Origin: Planctomycetota bacterium
GTDB lineage: Bacteria; Planctomycetota; SZUA-567; H5-PLA8
Length of the DNA stretch: 64,000 nucleotides
NCBI GenBank assembly: GCA_038227875.1
Contig: JBBRPR010000005.1
Location: 171,247 to 235,246 of the forward strand
Reading direction: 5' to 3'
In this document: positions 16,634 to 25,926 of the stretch, in pieces
Position numbering within the stretch: the stretch's first letter is position 1
Layout: the number at the start of each line of letters is the position of its first letter
Position numbers and translations under genes: made by a program
The notes under the pieces: generated by a model
Told to the model about the DNA's origin: nothing
Databases searched by the model: none
Seen by the model: the letters and a program-made list of their open reading frames with translations, nothing else

Positions 16634-19444
16634 TTGCCAGACTCTGTGAATTCCACTCTCTCGCCTGTCGAAGCACTCAACGAGTTCAGCGCGGAGATCA
16701 GCACCGCCATCGCGGCCGCCGGCGGTGGTCAGCTGGGCATGCCGTTTTGCAACACGCTCAAGACCATCTTCGCCAAGGCGCGCGTGAAGGCCGCGCTGAT
16801 CAATCGCGCAGTCGGCGGGCGGGCGTCGGGAGAGTTCCTGTCGGAATTCACCGACCGCGTCCTGACGCTGATCCTCGCCGCCGCCGCCAGGCGCGCGCAG
16901 ATTCCGCCCGATGCGTCGGGCCTGGCGCTGCTGGCGATGGGCAGTTACGGGCGCCGCGAACTGGCGCCGTTCTCCGACATCGATCTCTTGATTCTCCACC
17001 GCCCGGAGATGCCCTCCGAGAAGCTCGAGCCGTTTGCCGGCGATCTGCTCCGGCCGCTGTGGGATTCGGGCCTGAGCATCGGGCACGCCGTCCGCACGCC
17101 CGACGAATGTCTGCGCGTGATGGAAGATTCCGCCAGCGGCGCGAATGCCGTGGAGACCGCGACGTCCGTGCTGGAAGCGCGCTTCGTCGCCGGCGACCGC
17201 GAGTTCGGCGATGGGTTTACGCATCAGGATATTCCGGCGTTCTTCAAGCGGCGCGGTCGGGCGTTTGTCGACGCGAAATTTGAAGAGACGATCAACCGCT
17301 GGAAGGACGTCCCCGTTTACCGCACGCAGCCGAATTTGAAGGAGAGCCCCGGCGCGCTGCGCGACTTTCAGCTCGCCTTGTGGATCGACCGGGCCAGCCA
17401 GCTTTCCGGACATCTTCCGCGGCTCGACAACCGGCCGCTGGTCTCCGCGGCGGCGATCGACGAGGCTCGCGCCGGCTACGAAAAGCTGCTGACGTTCCGC
17501 GTCTCCCTCCATTCGATCTGCGGGCGCAAGCAGGACGTGCTCGATTACCAGATGCAGCAGTCCGTCGCCGAGGACCTTGCTTACGAGGGCGCCGAAGAGT
17601 TGCGATCCTCCGAGCGCTTGTTGCGCGACTACTTCAAAGCCGCGACGGCCGTCCACCGGCTGGCGCAGACGGTGACGCGCCGTTACCTGGAAGAACGCGC
17701 CGTGGCCACACGCGACATCGAACGCCTGCGCCGCCGGCCGATCGACGCCGACTTCACGCGCGTCGGCAGCTATCTTTACAGCTCGCACGCGGATGTCTTC
17801 GCCGGCCCCGGCTGGATCGAAGCGGCAATGCGCGCGTTTCTCCACGTCGCCCGCAACAATCTCTCGCTCAGCCAGGACGTGCAGGAACAGATCCGCTCGC
17901 GGCTGGGTTCGATGACCGACGAGATCCGCTCGTCGCCGCCGGCCGCGCAGCATTTCATGAACCTGTTGCGGATGCGCGTCTTCGTCGGCCGGACCTTGCG
18001 GGCGATGCGCGACACGGGCCTGCTCGCCGCGTACATGCCGGAGTTCGGCGAGATCGAAGGCCTGGTGCTCCACGACACGTACCACGATTTCTCCGTCGAC
18101 GAACACACCATCTGCGTCGTCGAAGCGGCCGATCGGCTCTATCAATCGGTGGAACCTGGCGATCAGTTCCGCCGCCGCATTCTTGAAACGCTGGCCCGGC
18201 CGCACGTGCTGCGGCTGGCGTGCTTGTTTCACGATCTGGGAAAATCGCGCGGCAACGCGGGGCACAGCGAACGCGGCGCGCTGATGGTGCCGCGCATCGG
18301 CGAACGGCTCGGCTTGAGCGCCGCGACAATTCGCACGCTCATTTTTCTCGTGCAGGATCACCTGACGCTTTCGAAGGTCAGCCAGCGCCGCGACCCCGGC
18401 GAAGGCGGACTGCTGACCGAACTGGCGAAGAAGATCGAAACGCAGGACCATCTCGATCTGCTCTTTCTGCTGACGTACTGCGATTCGATTTCCGTCGGCC
18501 ATGCCTCGTACCCGCACTGGAAGGACGCGCTGCTTTCGGAATTGTACATCGGTGTGTCGCAGCGCTTGTCCAACAGCGCTGCAAACCCGCTGCCGCTTCC
18601 ACCTCCTGCACCGGTTGCGGAAACCGCGGAGAACACCACGCCTCCGGCCATCGCCGACGATCCCGGCGCGCTCGAAGCGAAACTTTTGAAGTGGGCACAG
18701 GACGAAGCGACGCGCACGCTGGTGCTCGAACACTGCCACCGCGTGCCGCAGCGATACTTGGTGGAAGTCTCGTTCGAAGACGCGGTGTTCCCTCTCGAGA
18801 CGCTGATGCGCATGCGGGCCGGCAACATGGAGGCCGCCGCCGCCGTGCGCGGGACGGGCGAACTGGTCGACATGTGGGTCGTCTCCACCGACCGGCCGAA
18901 GCGATTTTCGCAGATCTGCGGCGCGTTCCTGGGCGCCGGCGTGAGCGTCATTTCCGCTCTGGCGTACACGCGCGATGACGGCGTGATCTTCGATCATTTC
19001 CGCGTCGCGCCGGGTTTGGAAGCGCCGTCGAGCCGCAGCGATTTCTGGGGGCGCGTCGAGCGCTCGGTGGAAGACACACTGCAGGGCAAGGGCGATTTCC
19101 TGGCGAAGATCGACGCCGCCCGCCGGCGCATTCCCCGCGCCGCGACAATCACGCGCCGCGTCGAACCGGAGATCCGCGTCGACAACAAGCTCTCTGAGCG
19201 CTTCACGGTCGTGGACGTGATCTGCGGCGATCGCATCGGGCTGCTCTACGGCCTGAGCCGCGCGCTGGCGGACCTGGGTTGCAGCATCCACTTCGCCAAA
19301 ATCGCGACGACGCAAGGCCTGGTGACGGACGTGTTTTACATCACCGAGGCCAACGGCACACAAGTCACCGACCCCGAGAAGATGCTGAACATCAAGCGGC
19401 TGCTGAAGGCCGTCGCGGCGGATTTTCAGGAAGCGCGGCGGTAA
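16634..19444 (+). CDS. glnD: [Protein-PII] uridylyltransferase / uridylyl-removing enzyme
   Basis: NT motif GSYGRRELAPFSDIDL, PNLKESPGALRD, HD domain YHDFSVDEH...FHDLGK, two C-terminal ACT domains; start approximate. Confidence 0.93.
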   Translation: MPDSVNSTLSPVEALNEFSAEISTAIAAAGGGQLGMPFCNTLKTIFAKARVKAALINRAVGGRASGEFLSEFTDRVLTLILAAAARRAQIPPDASGLALLAMGSYGRRELAPFSDIDLLILHRPEMPSEKLEPFAGDLLRPLWDSGLSIGHAVRTPDECLRVMEDSASGANAVETATSVLEARFVAGDREFGDGFTHQDIPAFFKRRGRAFVDAKFEETINRWKDVPVYRTQPNLKESPGALRDFQLALWIDRASQLSGHLPRLDNRPLVSAAAIDEARAGYEKLLTFRVSLHSICGRKQDVLDYQMQQSVAEDLAYEGAEELRSSERLLRDYFKAATAVHRLAQTVTRRYLEERAVATRDIERLRRRPIDADFTRVGSYLYSSHADVFAGPGWIEAAMRAFLHVARNNLSLSQDVQEQIRSRLGSMTDEIRSSPPAAQHFMNLLRMRVFVGRTLRAMRDTGLLAAYMPEFGEIEGLVLHDTYHDFSVDEHTICVVEAADRLYQSVEPGDQFRRRILETLARPHVLRLACLFHDLGKSRGNAGHSERGALMVPRIGERLGLSAATIRTLIFLVQDHLTLSKVSQRRDPGEGGLLTELAKKIETQDHLDLLFLLTYCDSISVGHASYPHWKDALLSELYIGVSQRLSNSAANPLPLPPPAPVAETAENTTPPAIADDPGALEAKLLKWAQDEATRTLVLEHCHRVPQRYLVEVSFEDAVFPLETLMRMRAGNMEAAAAVRGTGELVDMWVVSTDRPKRFSQICGAFLGAGVSVISALAYTRDDGVIFDHFRVAPGLEAPSSRSDFWGRVERSVEDTLQGKGDFLAKIDAARRRIPRAATITRRVEPEIRVDNKLSERFTVVDVICGDRIGLLYGLSRALADLGCSIHFAKIATTQGLVTDVFYITEANGTQVTDPEKMLNIKRLLKAVAADFQEARR

Positions 19445-19445
19445 G

Positions 19446-19465
19446 GGCATTGCGGATTGCGGATT
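19446..19465 (+). repeat. GGATTGC heptamer repeat directly after the glnD stop
   Basis: GGCATTGCGGATTGCGGATT. Confidence 0.7.
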
Positions 19466-19838
19466 GGGTGGGCATGGGGTGCTCCCGGTCGGGAATCGGT
19501 CTCCGTACGCGATGTTACGAAATGTTACATAATATTACGTGGATTGGGCCTCCTTATTAGGTGCACCTAGGGCCAGCGAGCCGTGCTCGATCGTTAAATT
19601 TCGCTCCGGCTATAAGCGGTCGGTCGGGGGCGTCATGCGTTTGCCAGTCCGGCATTGTTGTGCGGTCTCGATTGCGAGTTCTGGCCCTATTCGGCTAAAA
19701 GTGGTCGGTACTGTAACTAATGCCCACGCCCTGAGGGTGTTCAATTGGGGATTCTTTCTCGGACGAATGAGCTCGTGGCACGAAGTTGTTGTCGGGTAGC
19801 ACGCGGGAGGAAGGTAGGACCGGAGAAGCGTAGGACTG

Positions 19839-20486
19839 TTACGATGGCAGCGCGACGGGCATCGCCATCTGTTCACGCAACCGCTCAACCCATTGCGCCG
19901 GCCCGTTCGAATGACGCAGCGACCACTTGCGCTCACTGCGGATGTACTTGTAGGTGTCCTCGATTGGCCACTCATGGAGTACGGACTGATCGTTCCGGAA
20001 GATCAGCGTGCCGGTAACACGCATCTCCAGGATTCCGTCGTCGTCCATGCCGGTAAACTCGTACTTGAGCATCTCGCCATCGAACACGTAAAACTGGTCG
20101 TCTTCCACACACGTATCGTAAATCGGAATCGTCAGTGTGGGACGACCTCCCTGCGTCAGCGTCAGCACGCCGTTTCCATGCGTGGTCACCTCAATGTTCG
20201 CGCGCACAACTTCGTCGTCGGAAATCCTGACGACCTGTTCGCCCTCGTACCTGACGACGGACTCGGGATTGAAGGTCAGGTCCTCCAGCGATAATCCCTT
20301 TACCAGGAGAGGTCTTGAATACGAATATAAGGCGATTGGCGATTCCCGAGTTCGCGCTGGCGCAGAGCGAGGCTGATCGATCTTGAGAATTACTCTTGAA
20401 GAAAAGTATCCACGCGTTGCAGCGAACAACCCAACTGCGAAAAGCGCCAGTCCACTGAATATGAGGATCAAGGAGCGTTGCCGCAT
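19839..20486 (-). CDS. Hypothetical protein with N-terminal membrane anchor
   Basis: Open frame with a hydrophobic N-terminal helix; no motif recognised. Confidence 0.6.
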   Translation of the reverse strand: MRQRSLILIFSGLALFAVGLFAATRGYFSSRVILKIDQPRSAPARTRESPIALYSYSRPLLVKGLSLEDLTFNPESVVRYEGEQVVRISDDEVVRANIEVTTHGNGVLTLTQGGRPTLTIPIYDTCVEDDQFYVFDGEMLKYEFTGMDDDGILEMRVTGTLIFRNDQSVLHEWPIEDTYKYIRSERKWSLRHSNGPAQWVERLREQMAMPVALPS

Positions 20487-20716
20487 TCGATCGATCACCT
20501 TAAACGGGATTTACTTGCCACTCGGTGTATCGGCAATCCGCGGCGCGTTCTGGATCATGCGAGTTCAACGGTCCCGAGCAACTGTCGGAAAGCCGGCTGA
20601 AGACCGGCTAACCTTCCTTGCGCTATACACTACGGCCCATGGCACTCGACTTTCGGTGTTAAAAGTCGGTTAAACTACCCAGGCAACTCATCTGTGCTCA
20701 GTTCCCGGCAATCGCA

Positions 20717-21424
20717 TCATTCTTCAACAACCTGCTCCACAACTTCCCAATCTTCAGAATCGATGCGAAATTCATGTTGGGCTTTTTGAATTGATTCTTC
20801 AAGGCTCCTTGCCGACCAATGATCCAATGGCGCTTCCATCTTTCGAAGGTATCCCGATGCCGTATCGGCCGAGAAGTAAAAGCCATAAAAGAGCAAGTCT
20901 GTGGAGTAGTAGACGATTGCAATTTCACGAACTCTGAATTCTCGACTATTGGATCGGATTACATTGCCCGTTGGCTGGTGCTTCGACTTCATCCGCAGTC
21001 TGCGCAGCAGGACGGGCTTCAATTTCCGGAACTGTTCGAACGAATTAAAGAAAAGGTCAAAGGCTCTGGCGGAGTCGTGGTTCGCTTCTTCCAGGAGAAT
21101 GTTTTTCCAACCCGCCGTGGATTCGTATCTGCCATATTTGAGCGCGACAAAATCGTGGAACTGCCAGAATGGCGGACTTTCCACTTCGATCCAATCCGGG
21201 GAGCGAGAATCGATTTTATCTTCACCGGTGGAACCAATGTTCAGTCCACGATAGAACCCGTTGATAAATCCATTCAAGGTGAGAATACAGCGTCCGCCGA
21301 TGTGCATTCCTGGCCGCTTCTCAACCCGTTGGAGGTACTCGTACAGGCTGAACACTGGGATTTTCCTTGTTGGCCAGACGGCGGATTTACTTTCAGAGTG
21401 TACCTCGAATGATCTTGCAGTCAC
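20717..21424 (-). CDS. Hypothetical protein (AT-richer; 'RPGM..G' family look)
   Basis: 235-aa frame; 'YLQRVEKRPGMHIG...L.GFINGF...FHDFVA...GW...AFDLFF' pattern. Confidence 0.65.
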   Translation of the reverse strand: MTARSFEVHSESKSAVWPTRKIPVFSLYEYLQRVEKRPGMHIGGRCILTLNGFINGFYRGLNIGSTGEDKIDSRSPDWIEVESPPFWQFHDFVALKYGRYESTAGWKNILLEEANHDSARAFDLFFNSFEQFRKLKPVLLRRLRMKSKHQPTGNVIRSNSREFRVREIAIVYYSTDLLFYGFYFSADTASGYLRKMEAPLDHWSARSLEESIQKAQHEFRIDSEDWEVVEQVVEE

Positions 21425-21525
21425 GGCTTTTCCATTCGCCTAAACGCCGGGGGGCGTAGTCGCCGAGTAGGCCAAGGAGCGCAGAAAAATATAAAACACA
21501 AATCTGCCAATGGCTGCGCGATTCG

Positions 21526-21867
21526 TCACGGGCAAGCGATTTCCCAGGGTTGTCCCGCCGGGTCGAACAGGAAGGCTGATTTGCCGTCTTCCGATACTTT
21601 CACATCGACCCCTCTTTGCTTTGCGCGTTCGATGATCTGCGGCGTGTTGGGATCGGTGACGTGAAAGATCTGTGCCATCCCCCGGATGGGCGAATTCACG
21701 GTCTCGTCGGGTACAATGCACAGTTCGACGCCGGCCATCAGCGCCACGGTCCGCAGGACGACGCCCGATTCCTCCTGCGTCGTCAGCTTCAAACCAAAGA
21801 CGCCCGAAAGGAAATCAGCCAACTCCGCAGGCTTGGCCGTCGCGATACTGATGGTCATCTGGTTCAT
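21526..21867 (-). CDS. VOC/glyoxalase-like protein
   Basis: 'FLSGVFGL', 'FLFDPAGQPWEI'; ATGA overlap with the upstream gene. Confidence 0.75.
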   Translation of the reverse strand: MNQMTISIATAKPAELADFLSGVFGLKLTTQEESGVVLRTVALMAGVELCIVPDETVNSPIRGMAQIFHVTDPNTPQIIERAKQRGVDVKVSEDGKSAFLFDPAGQPWEIACP

Positions 21868-22307
21868 AGTTTCCAATCCCCCCAGCATCCTGAGACTCCG
21901 GACTTGGGCCGCATGTCGATGCCGTGTTCAATGTAACTTTTCAGGTTGAGCCGCAGCGAGCCCCAGGCCACCGCCACAGAAATGATGCCGTCGTCCGCCG
22001 GACAGTCGGTATCGGTGATCGTTACCTTGGTTCCGGCTCCGAACGGTTCGAGCGTGAACGTTACGTTCCAATAGGTCACCTCACGAAACGGATCGAAGGT
22101 GGTGAATGTAGCCTCGCTGCGGTTGGCCCCGGTGGGATTGCTGGTGGACCACACCAGCACAACTTTGCCGCCCAGCTTCGGATCCGTTTCCGCGGCCGGC
22201 GGCCACCAGGCCGACAGCTTTTCGGCCACGGTGAGCGCTTCAAAGACGACCTTGGGCGCGGCGGCGATCACGATCGAACATTTGACTGTTTTGGAGTTCG
22301 TGCTCAC
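21864..22307 (-). CDS. SRPBCC (AHSA1-like) domain protein
   Basis: 'IAAAPKVVFEALT...LSAWW', 'W..LRLNLKSYIE'. Confidence 0.85.
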   Translation of the reverse strand: MSTNSKTVKCSIVIAAAPKVVFEALTVAEKLSAWWPPAAETDPKLGGKVVLVWSTSNPTGANRSEATFTTFDPFREVTYWNVTFTLEPFGAGTKVTITDTDCPADDGIISVAVAWGSLRLNLKSYIEHGIDMRPKSGVSGCWGDWKL

Positions 22308-22384
22308 CGTTAACCTCTCCCGACGCGGCTATCCGCTCCCGACGCGGGAGACCTCAAGATCCCCTGCTCAATAACCCAATAGCT

Positions 22385-22819
22385 TCAAACGGTCTGCGCA
22401 AAAATCTGTTCCATGCGGTCGAGGCACCCGCCCCACCCTTCTTCGCAGGCATTGGCATTCTCTGTGATGTCGTGCGTCAGGACGATCTCTGTTTTTCCGC
22501 CGGCATCGAAGAATTCCACGGTCGCCGTCGTGCCGGGGCCGTCATCGCCCTCCCAATTGAACGTGAAGACCAGCTTGCGGGGCGAATCGATCTCAAGGTA
22601 CGTGCCGAAGACGCCGTTGGAACTCCCATCCTTGTCTTTGTGGCTCCAGCCATACGCGCCGCCGGAACGCAGGTCGCTGTTGACGGCGCAGCCGGGACCG
22701 CACCACCATTTGCGGATCAGATCCGGATCGGTCCACGCCTTGAACACCGCCTCGCGCGGCGCGGGGATGATCCGGCGCATCCGCAAAATAACTCTCTCTG
22801 TGGATTTGGGATTGCTCAT
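22385..22819 (-). CDS. SRPBCC (AHSA1-like) domain protein
   Basis: 'IPAPREAVFKAWTDPDLIRKWW', 'GWGGCLDRM'. Confidence 0.9.
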   Translation of the reverse strand: MSNPKSTERVILRMRRIIPAPREAVFKAWTDPDLIRKWWCGPGCAVNSDLRSGGAYGWSHKDKDGSSNGVFGTYLEIDSPRKLVFTFNWEGDDGPGTTATVEFFDAGGKTEIVLTHDITENANACEEGWGGCLDRMEQIFAQTV

Positions 22820-23172
22820 GGCATCCTTTCTTTGCTCTTCTTTTCGTCAGTCTGTTCGAAATAACGCGTCAAGGCATCGAACTTGTCGTCCCAGAAGGCG
22901 CGGTGCTTTTCAATCCACGCCGTGGCGTTGTCGAGCGGCTGCGGCTGAAATTTGCAGACGCGCATGCGTCCGGTCTTGGTGCGTTCAAGCAGTCCCGCGC
23001 GCTCCAGCACGCGTAGATGCCTGGAGACGGCCGGGCCGGAGATTGACAGTGGCTCCACCAGTTCGCCCACACAGCGTTCGCCCTGCGCGAGGCGTTCGAG
23101 GATGGCGCGGCGCGTAGGATCGCTCAGCGCCCCGAAGATCCGGTTGAGTTGTTCGTCATGACGTTTAACCAT
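22816..23172 (-). CDS. ArsR/SmtB family transcriptional regulator
   Basis: 'FGALSDPTRRAIL...AVSRHLRVLERAGL'. Confidence 0.93.
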   Translation of the reverse strand: MVKRHDEQLNRIFGALSDPTRRAILERLAQGERCVGELVEPLSISGPAVSRHLRVLERAGLLERTKTGRMRVCKFQPQPLDNATAWIEKHRAFWDDKFDALTRYFEQTDEKKSKERMP

Positions 23173-23209
23173 TTGGTTAGATATTACGCGCGGGAGACGG
23201 CGCAGTCAA
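23166..23209 (-). promoter_or_regulatory. Sigma70 promoter plus palindromic ArsR operator overlapping the start codon
   Basis: TTGACT-17-TAATAT, then TAACCAAATGGTTA, which contains the ATG. Confidence 0.75.
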
Positions 23210-23485
23210 CAACAAAGTCGTGACATCTTGAAGTTACCCGCGGTATGGCTAGTAGAGACCGACGGCCGGCAGCGTTTTCTGAGGTTAAGCGCTCAGGAAA
23301 CAGGTGGAGCAAGCATTGAGTCAACAACCAGACGGTGATTGTAGTCCTATGTCTGGCCTTGCTCGTCGCCCGCGAGCTGGTCCTTGCAGCGCACCAGCGA
23401 GCTCCACTCAATCCATTATTTTACTCGCTTACAGAACTTCCCCCGGGCATACTTCGTATCAATTCTATCTGATGGAGACACCCAA

Positions 23486-23668
23486 ATGATTCAAGGTATT
23501 GTGCTCTTAATCGGTCCCTTTCTATTGACTTATTTAAGCTATCGAAAATTTATGGAGGATGCACATATTCTGGTAAAGCTTTTGGGCTCTATCTTTGTCT
23601 ATTTCATAAGTTTTGTAGTCGTCTTATTTGCACTTATTGCGGTTGGCGCAATTTCGTTTCAACGCTAG
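23486..23668 (+). CDS. Small two-TM hypothetical protein
   Basis: GGAGA SD, 60 aa, two hydrophobic helices, AT-rich. Confidence 0.5.
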   Translation: MIQGIVLLIGPFLLTYLSYRKFMEDAHILVKLLGSIFVYFISFVVVLFALIAVGAISFQR

Positions 23669-24308
23669 GACTCTTCTTTTTTGAGCGAATGATCACCTCG
23701 GCCAGAAGGAGGTTGGGCAGGAAGCCCAACCAGGCCTCTGCAACATAAATATGAGAGGGATCCATCCAACCGGTTTGAGTCAAAATGATTTTCCACGTCC
23801 TCAGGGTGATTGCTGAAAAGGTCAACGCATAACTGCGAATCATAAAGTCACGATGCTCGTCAAATTTCCTGTCGATGGCAGATCTGAGTGCTTGAAGAGT
23901 AAATCCAAACCATAAACAATCGAGCAGTAGAAATGCAGACTTTCCAAGGAAGCCACCGTTGGCGTAAATGGCCATAATCAGCGCTGAAGGAAAATTGATA
24001 AGCAGGATATTCCACACGTATACATGACCCAGGAAGCGGTGAGCCTTGCGGTGGCGCTGCATAAAAAGTGTAGAGAATTGCGTGAGACCGGCAAAGAGTG
24101 CAAGAAATGCTGAAAACACATGCGTATAAAACGCCGATTTCCAAACTGGGTTTTGTAGATAATCCTGCTTGTAGGCAAGAAATTGAATATTGGTTTCGAA
24201 AGTAGAGTAGTTGAAAGACGTCCGCATCATGAGAAATATCGCTGCGCATAGCACAGTGTAAATGAATAGATTCTTTCCAAACCAGAAGATGGTTTCGCGC
24301 ATTAACAT
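23634..24308 (-). CDS. DUF2306-like membrane protein
   Basis: 'FYTHV...HRFLGHVYV...HRDFMIRSYALTFSAITLR'; strongly AT-rich. Confidence 0.8.
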   Translation of the reverse strand: MLMRETIFWFGKNLFIYTVLCAAIFLMMRTSFNYSTFETNIQFLAYKQDYLQNPVWKSAFYTHVFSAFLALFAGLTQFSTLFMQRHRKAHRFLGHVYVWNILLINFPSALIMAIYANGGFLGKSAFLLLDCLWFGFTLQALRSAIDRKFDEHRDFMIRSYALTFSAITLRTWKIILTQTGWMDPSHIYVAEAWLGFLPNLLLAEVIIRSKKKSPSVETKLRQPQ

Positions 24309-24431
24309 GAATCTATCCTAATTTGCTCAAGATGAAACTAATTCAATTAGATTCCAATCAAATTTGCGAATCGTTCTCTTCTATGAACCCTTCATTATAG
24401 GTCGTGGCCACATTCTTTTGCGTGAAATGGC

Positions 24432-25643
24432 TCACTCCGATTTCGGCTCCGGCGTGGTCGTCGCGGACAGGTACAGCATCAGCACGATCCCCGTGGACAT
24501 CAGTGCGGCGGCCACTCCGAAGGCGGTCTGGGTTCCGAAGACGGACCATAACCAGCCTACTGTGAAACTGCTGAATAAATCGCCCAGTCCGGTGACAACG
24601 GCCAGGGCTCCGTAGCCGCTTCCTCTTATTTCAGAGGGCAGGAGGTCGGCTGCGATCACATCTTCGACGGCTTCGTAAATTCCAATCGCAGTGCCTGCCA
24701 GCGCGAACATGATTCCCAGCCCGGCGTAGCTCTGGACTCCACAGGCGGCACAGAGCGCGGCGGAGACGGCAGCACTGTAACCCACCACGAGCAACAGTCG
24801 CTTGTTGAAGTGGTCGGAGATCCAGCCGCCACCGTACGACCACAGGGCGTAGAAGACGTTGTGAACGGCATAGAGCGCGACGGAGATCGTCGAGGCCTTT
24901 GCCAGGCCCACCTGTGGCATCAAGACCCCGACCGTGTAGAGGATGTACAGGCTCCGCGCGAAATCTCCGAGTCCGAAGATTCCCACGGCGGTGAGGAACG
25001 CTTTGAAATCGCGGCTGAAGCCGCTGAAGCTTTTCAGAAACGGCTTCTTCGCGGGCACGCGGTCTGGAGTTTCCTGAACCAGCCATGAAATGAGGAGCAC
25101 CGGCATCAACGCCGGGAGCACCGCGAAAAGAATAATCGTCCGGTGCGAAAAGCCGGCGCTCACTAAGGCAAGCGCCGCCAGCGGCGCGACAATCGCACCC
25201 GTGGTGTCCATCGCCCGTTCAAAGCCGAAGGCTCGACCCCGCGTCTGAGGCGTGACCGCTTCGGCCAGCAGCGCTTTTCGCGATGGCGTGCGAAGTCCCC
25301 TGGCAATCCAGGCCACGCCACGTCCCGCGAGAACCAGCGGCCATGTGACGGCGCTTGCAATCAGCACGGGCGATAAGGCCATAATGCCATAGCCGGTGGC
25401 GCAGAGAACCTTGCGCCGCGCAACTCGATCCGCCAGCCATCCACCATAGAGCTTGGCGAGGCTGGACAAACCATCGGCGACGCCTTCAATAGTTCCCAGC
25501 GCCGCGGCGGCCGTGCCCATGGAGGCCAGGAACGCAGGGAGCACCGCCGTGATCGTCTCGTGGCTGAGATCGCTGAAGAGCGAAGACAAGCCGATGCCGA
25601 TGACGGTGGCATTCATCCAGCGCTCTACCGACTTTCGTTCCAT
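24432..25643 (-). CDS. MFS transporter
   Basis: About 12 TM; 'GWLADRVARRK', 'RGRAFGFERAMDTTGA'. Confidence 0.92.
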   Translation of the reverse strand: MERKSVERWMNATVIGIGLSSLFSDLSHETITAVLPAFLASMGTAAAALGTIEGVADGLSSLAKLYGGWLADRVARRKVLCATGYGIMALSPVLIASAVTWPLVLAGRGVAWIARGLRTPSRKALLAEAVTPQTRGRAFGFERAMDTTGAIVAPLAALALVSAGFSHRTIILFAVLPALMPVLLISWLVQETPDRVPAKKPFLKSFSGFSRDFKAFLTAVGIFGLGDFARSLYILYTVGVLMPQVGLAKASTISVALYAVHNVFYALWSYGGGWISDHFNKRLLLVVGYSAAVSAALCAACGVQSYAGLGIMFALAGTAIGIYEAVEDVIAADLLPSEIRGSGYGALAVVTGLGDLFSSFTVGWLWSVFGTQTAFGVAAALMSTGIVLMLYLSATTTPEPKSE

Positions 25644-25738
25644 AGGCGCGTCCGGGATGGCTCGATCACTCGTTTACAGCCTACGCTCTTCGCTCCAGAT
25701 GCATACTCGCAGTCCGGGGAATCCACCCGGCCAGTCCC

Positions 25739-25900
25739 TCACGCTTTGGCCTGTCGCACGCGGTCGATCTCATCCTGCAATGAGCCGCAGCGATCCGACG
25801 CTTCAACTCACTCTTTCTTGACCGTCGTGTCGCGGGTGTAGACGACAAAATCCAGCCGGCCCGACGGGCGCAGCTGGCGTTGCGTTTCGGTCCAGCGAAA
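25739..25900 (-). pseudogene. Decayed duplicate of the 3' end of the SGNH hydrolase gene (28289-28460)
   Basis: Translates as 'TETQRQLRPSGRLDFVVYTRDTTVKK' then frameshifts to 'LQDEIDRVRQA*'; the intact gene reads 'TDTHRQTRSSGWLDFVGYTRDTAVKK...LQEEIDSLRRA'. Confidence 0.85.
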
Positions 25901-25926
25901 CCTGTGGTTAAGGACCGCGGCGTCGC

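Noticed and set aside
16442..19450. 1002-aa minus-strand ORF and other long antisense ORFs (e.g. 46688-49324, 49153-50982, 29819-31315)
   Set aside because: Shadow frames of well-supported genes, expected in high-GC DNA, with no motifs.
19520..19548. dif site
   Set aside because: TTATGTAACAT resembles a XerD arm, but no XerC arm lies at 6-bp spacing.
19450..24430. Integron cassette array
   Set aside because: Many short, mostly same-strand ORFs, but I found no repeated attC-like RYYYAAC...GTTRRRY hairpins and no integrase.
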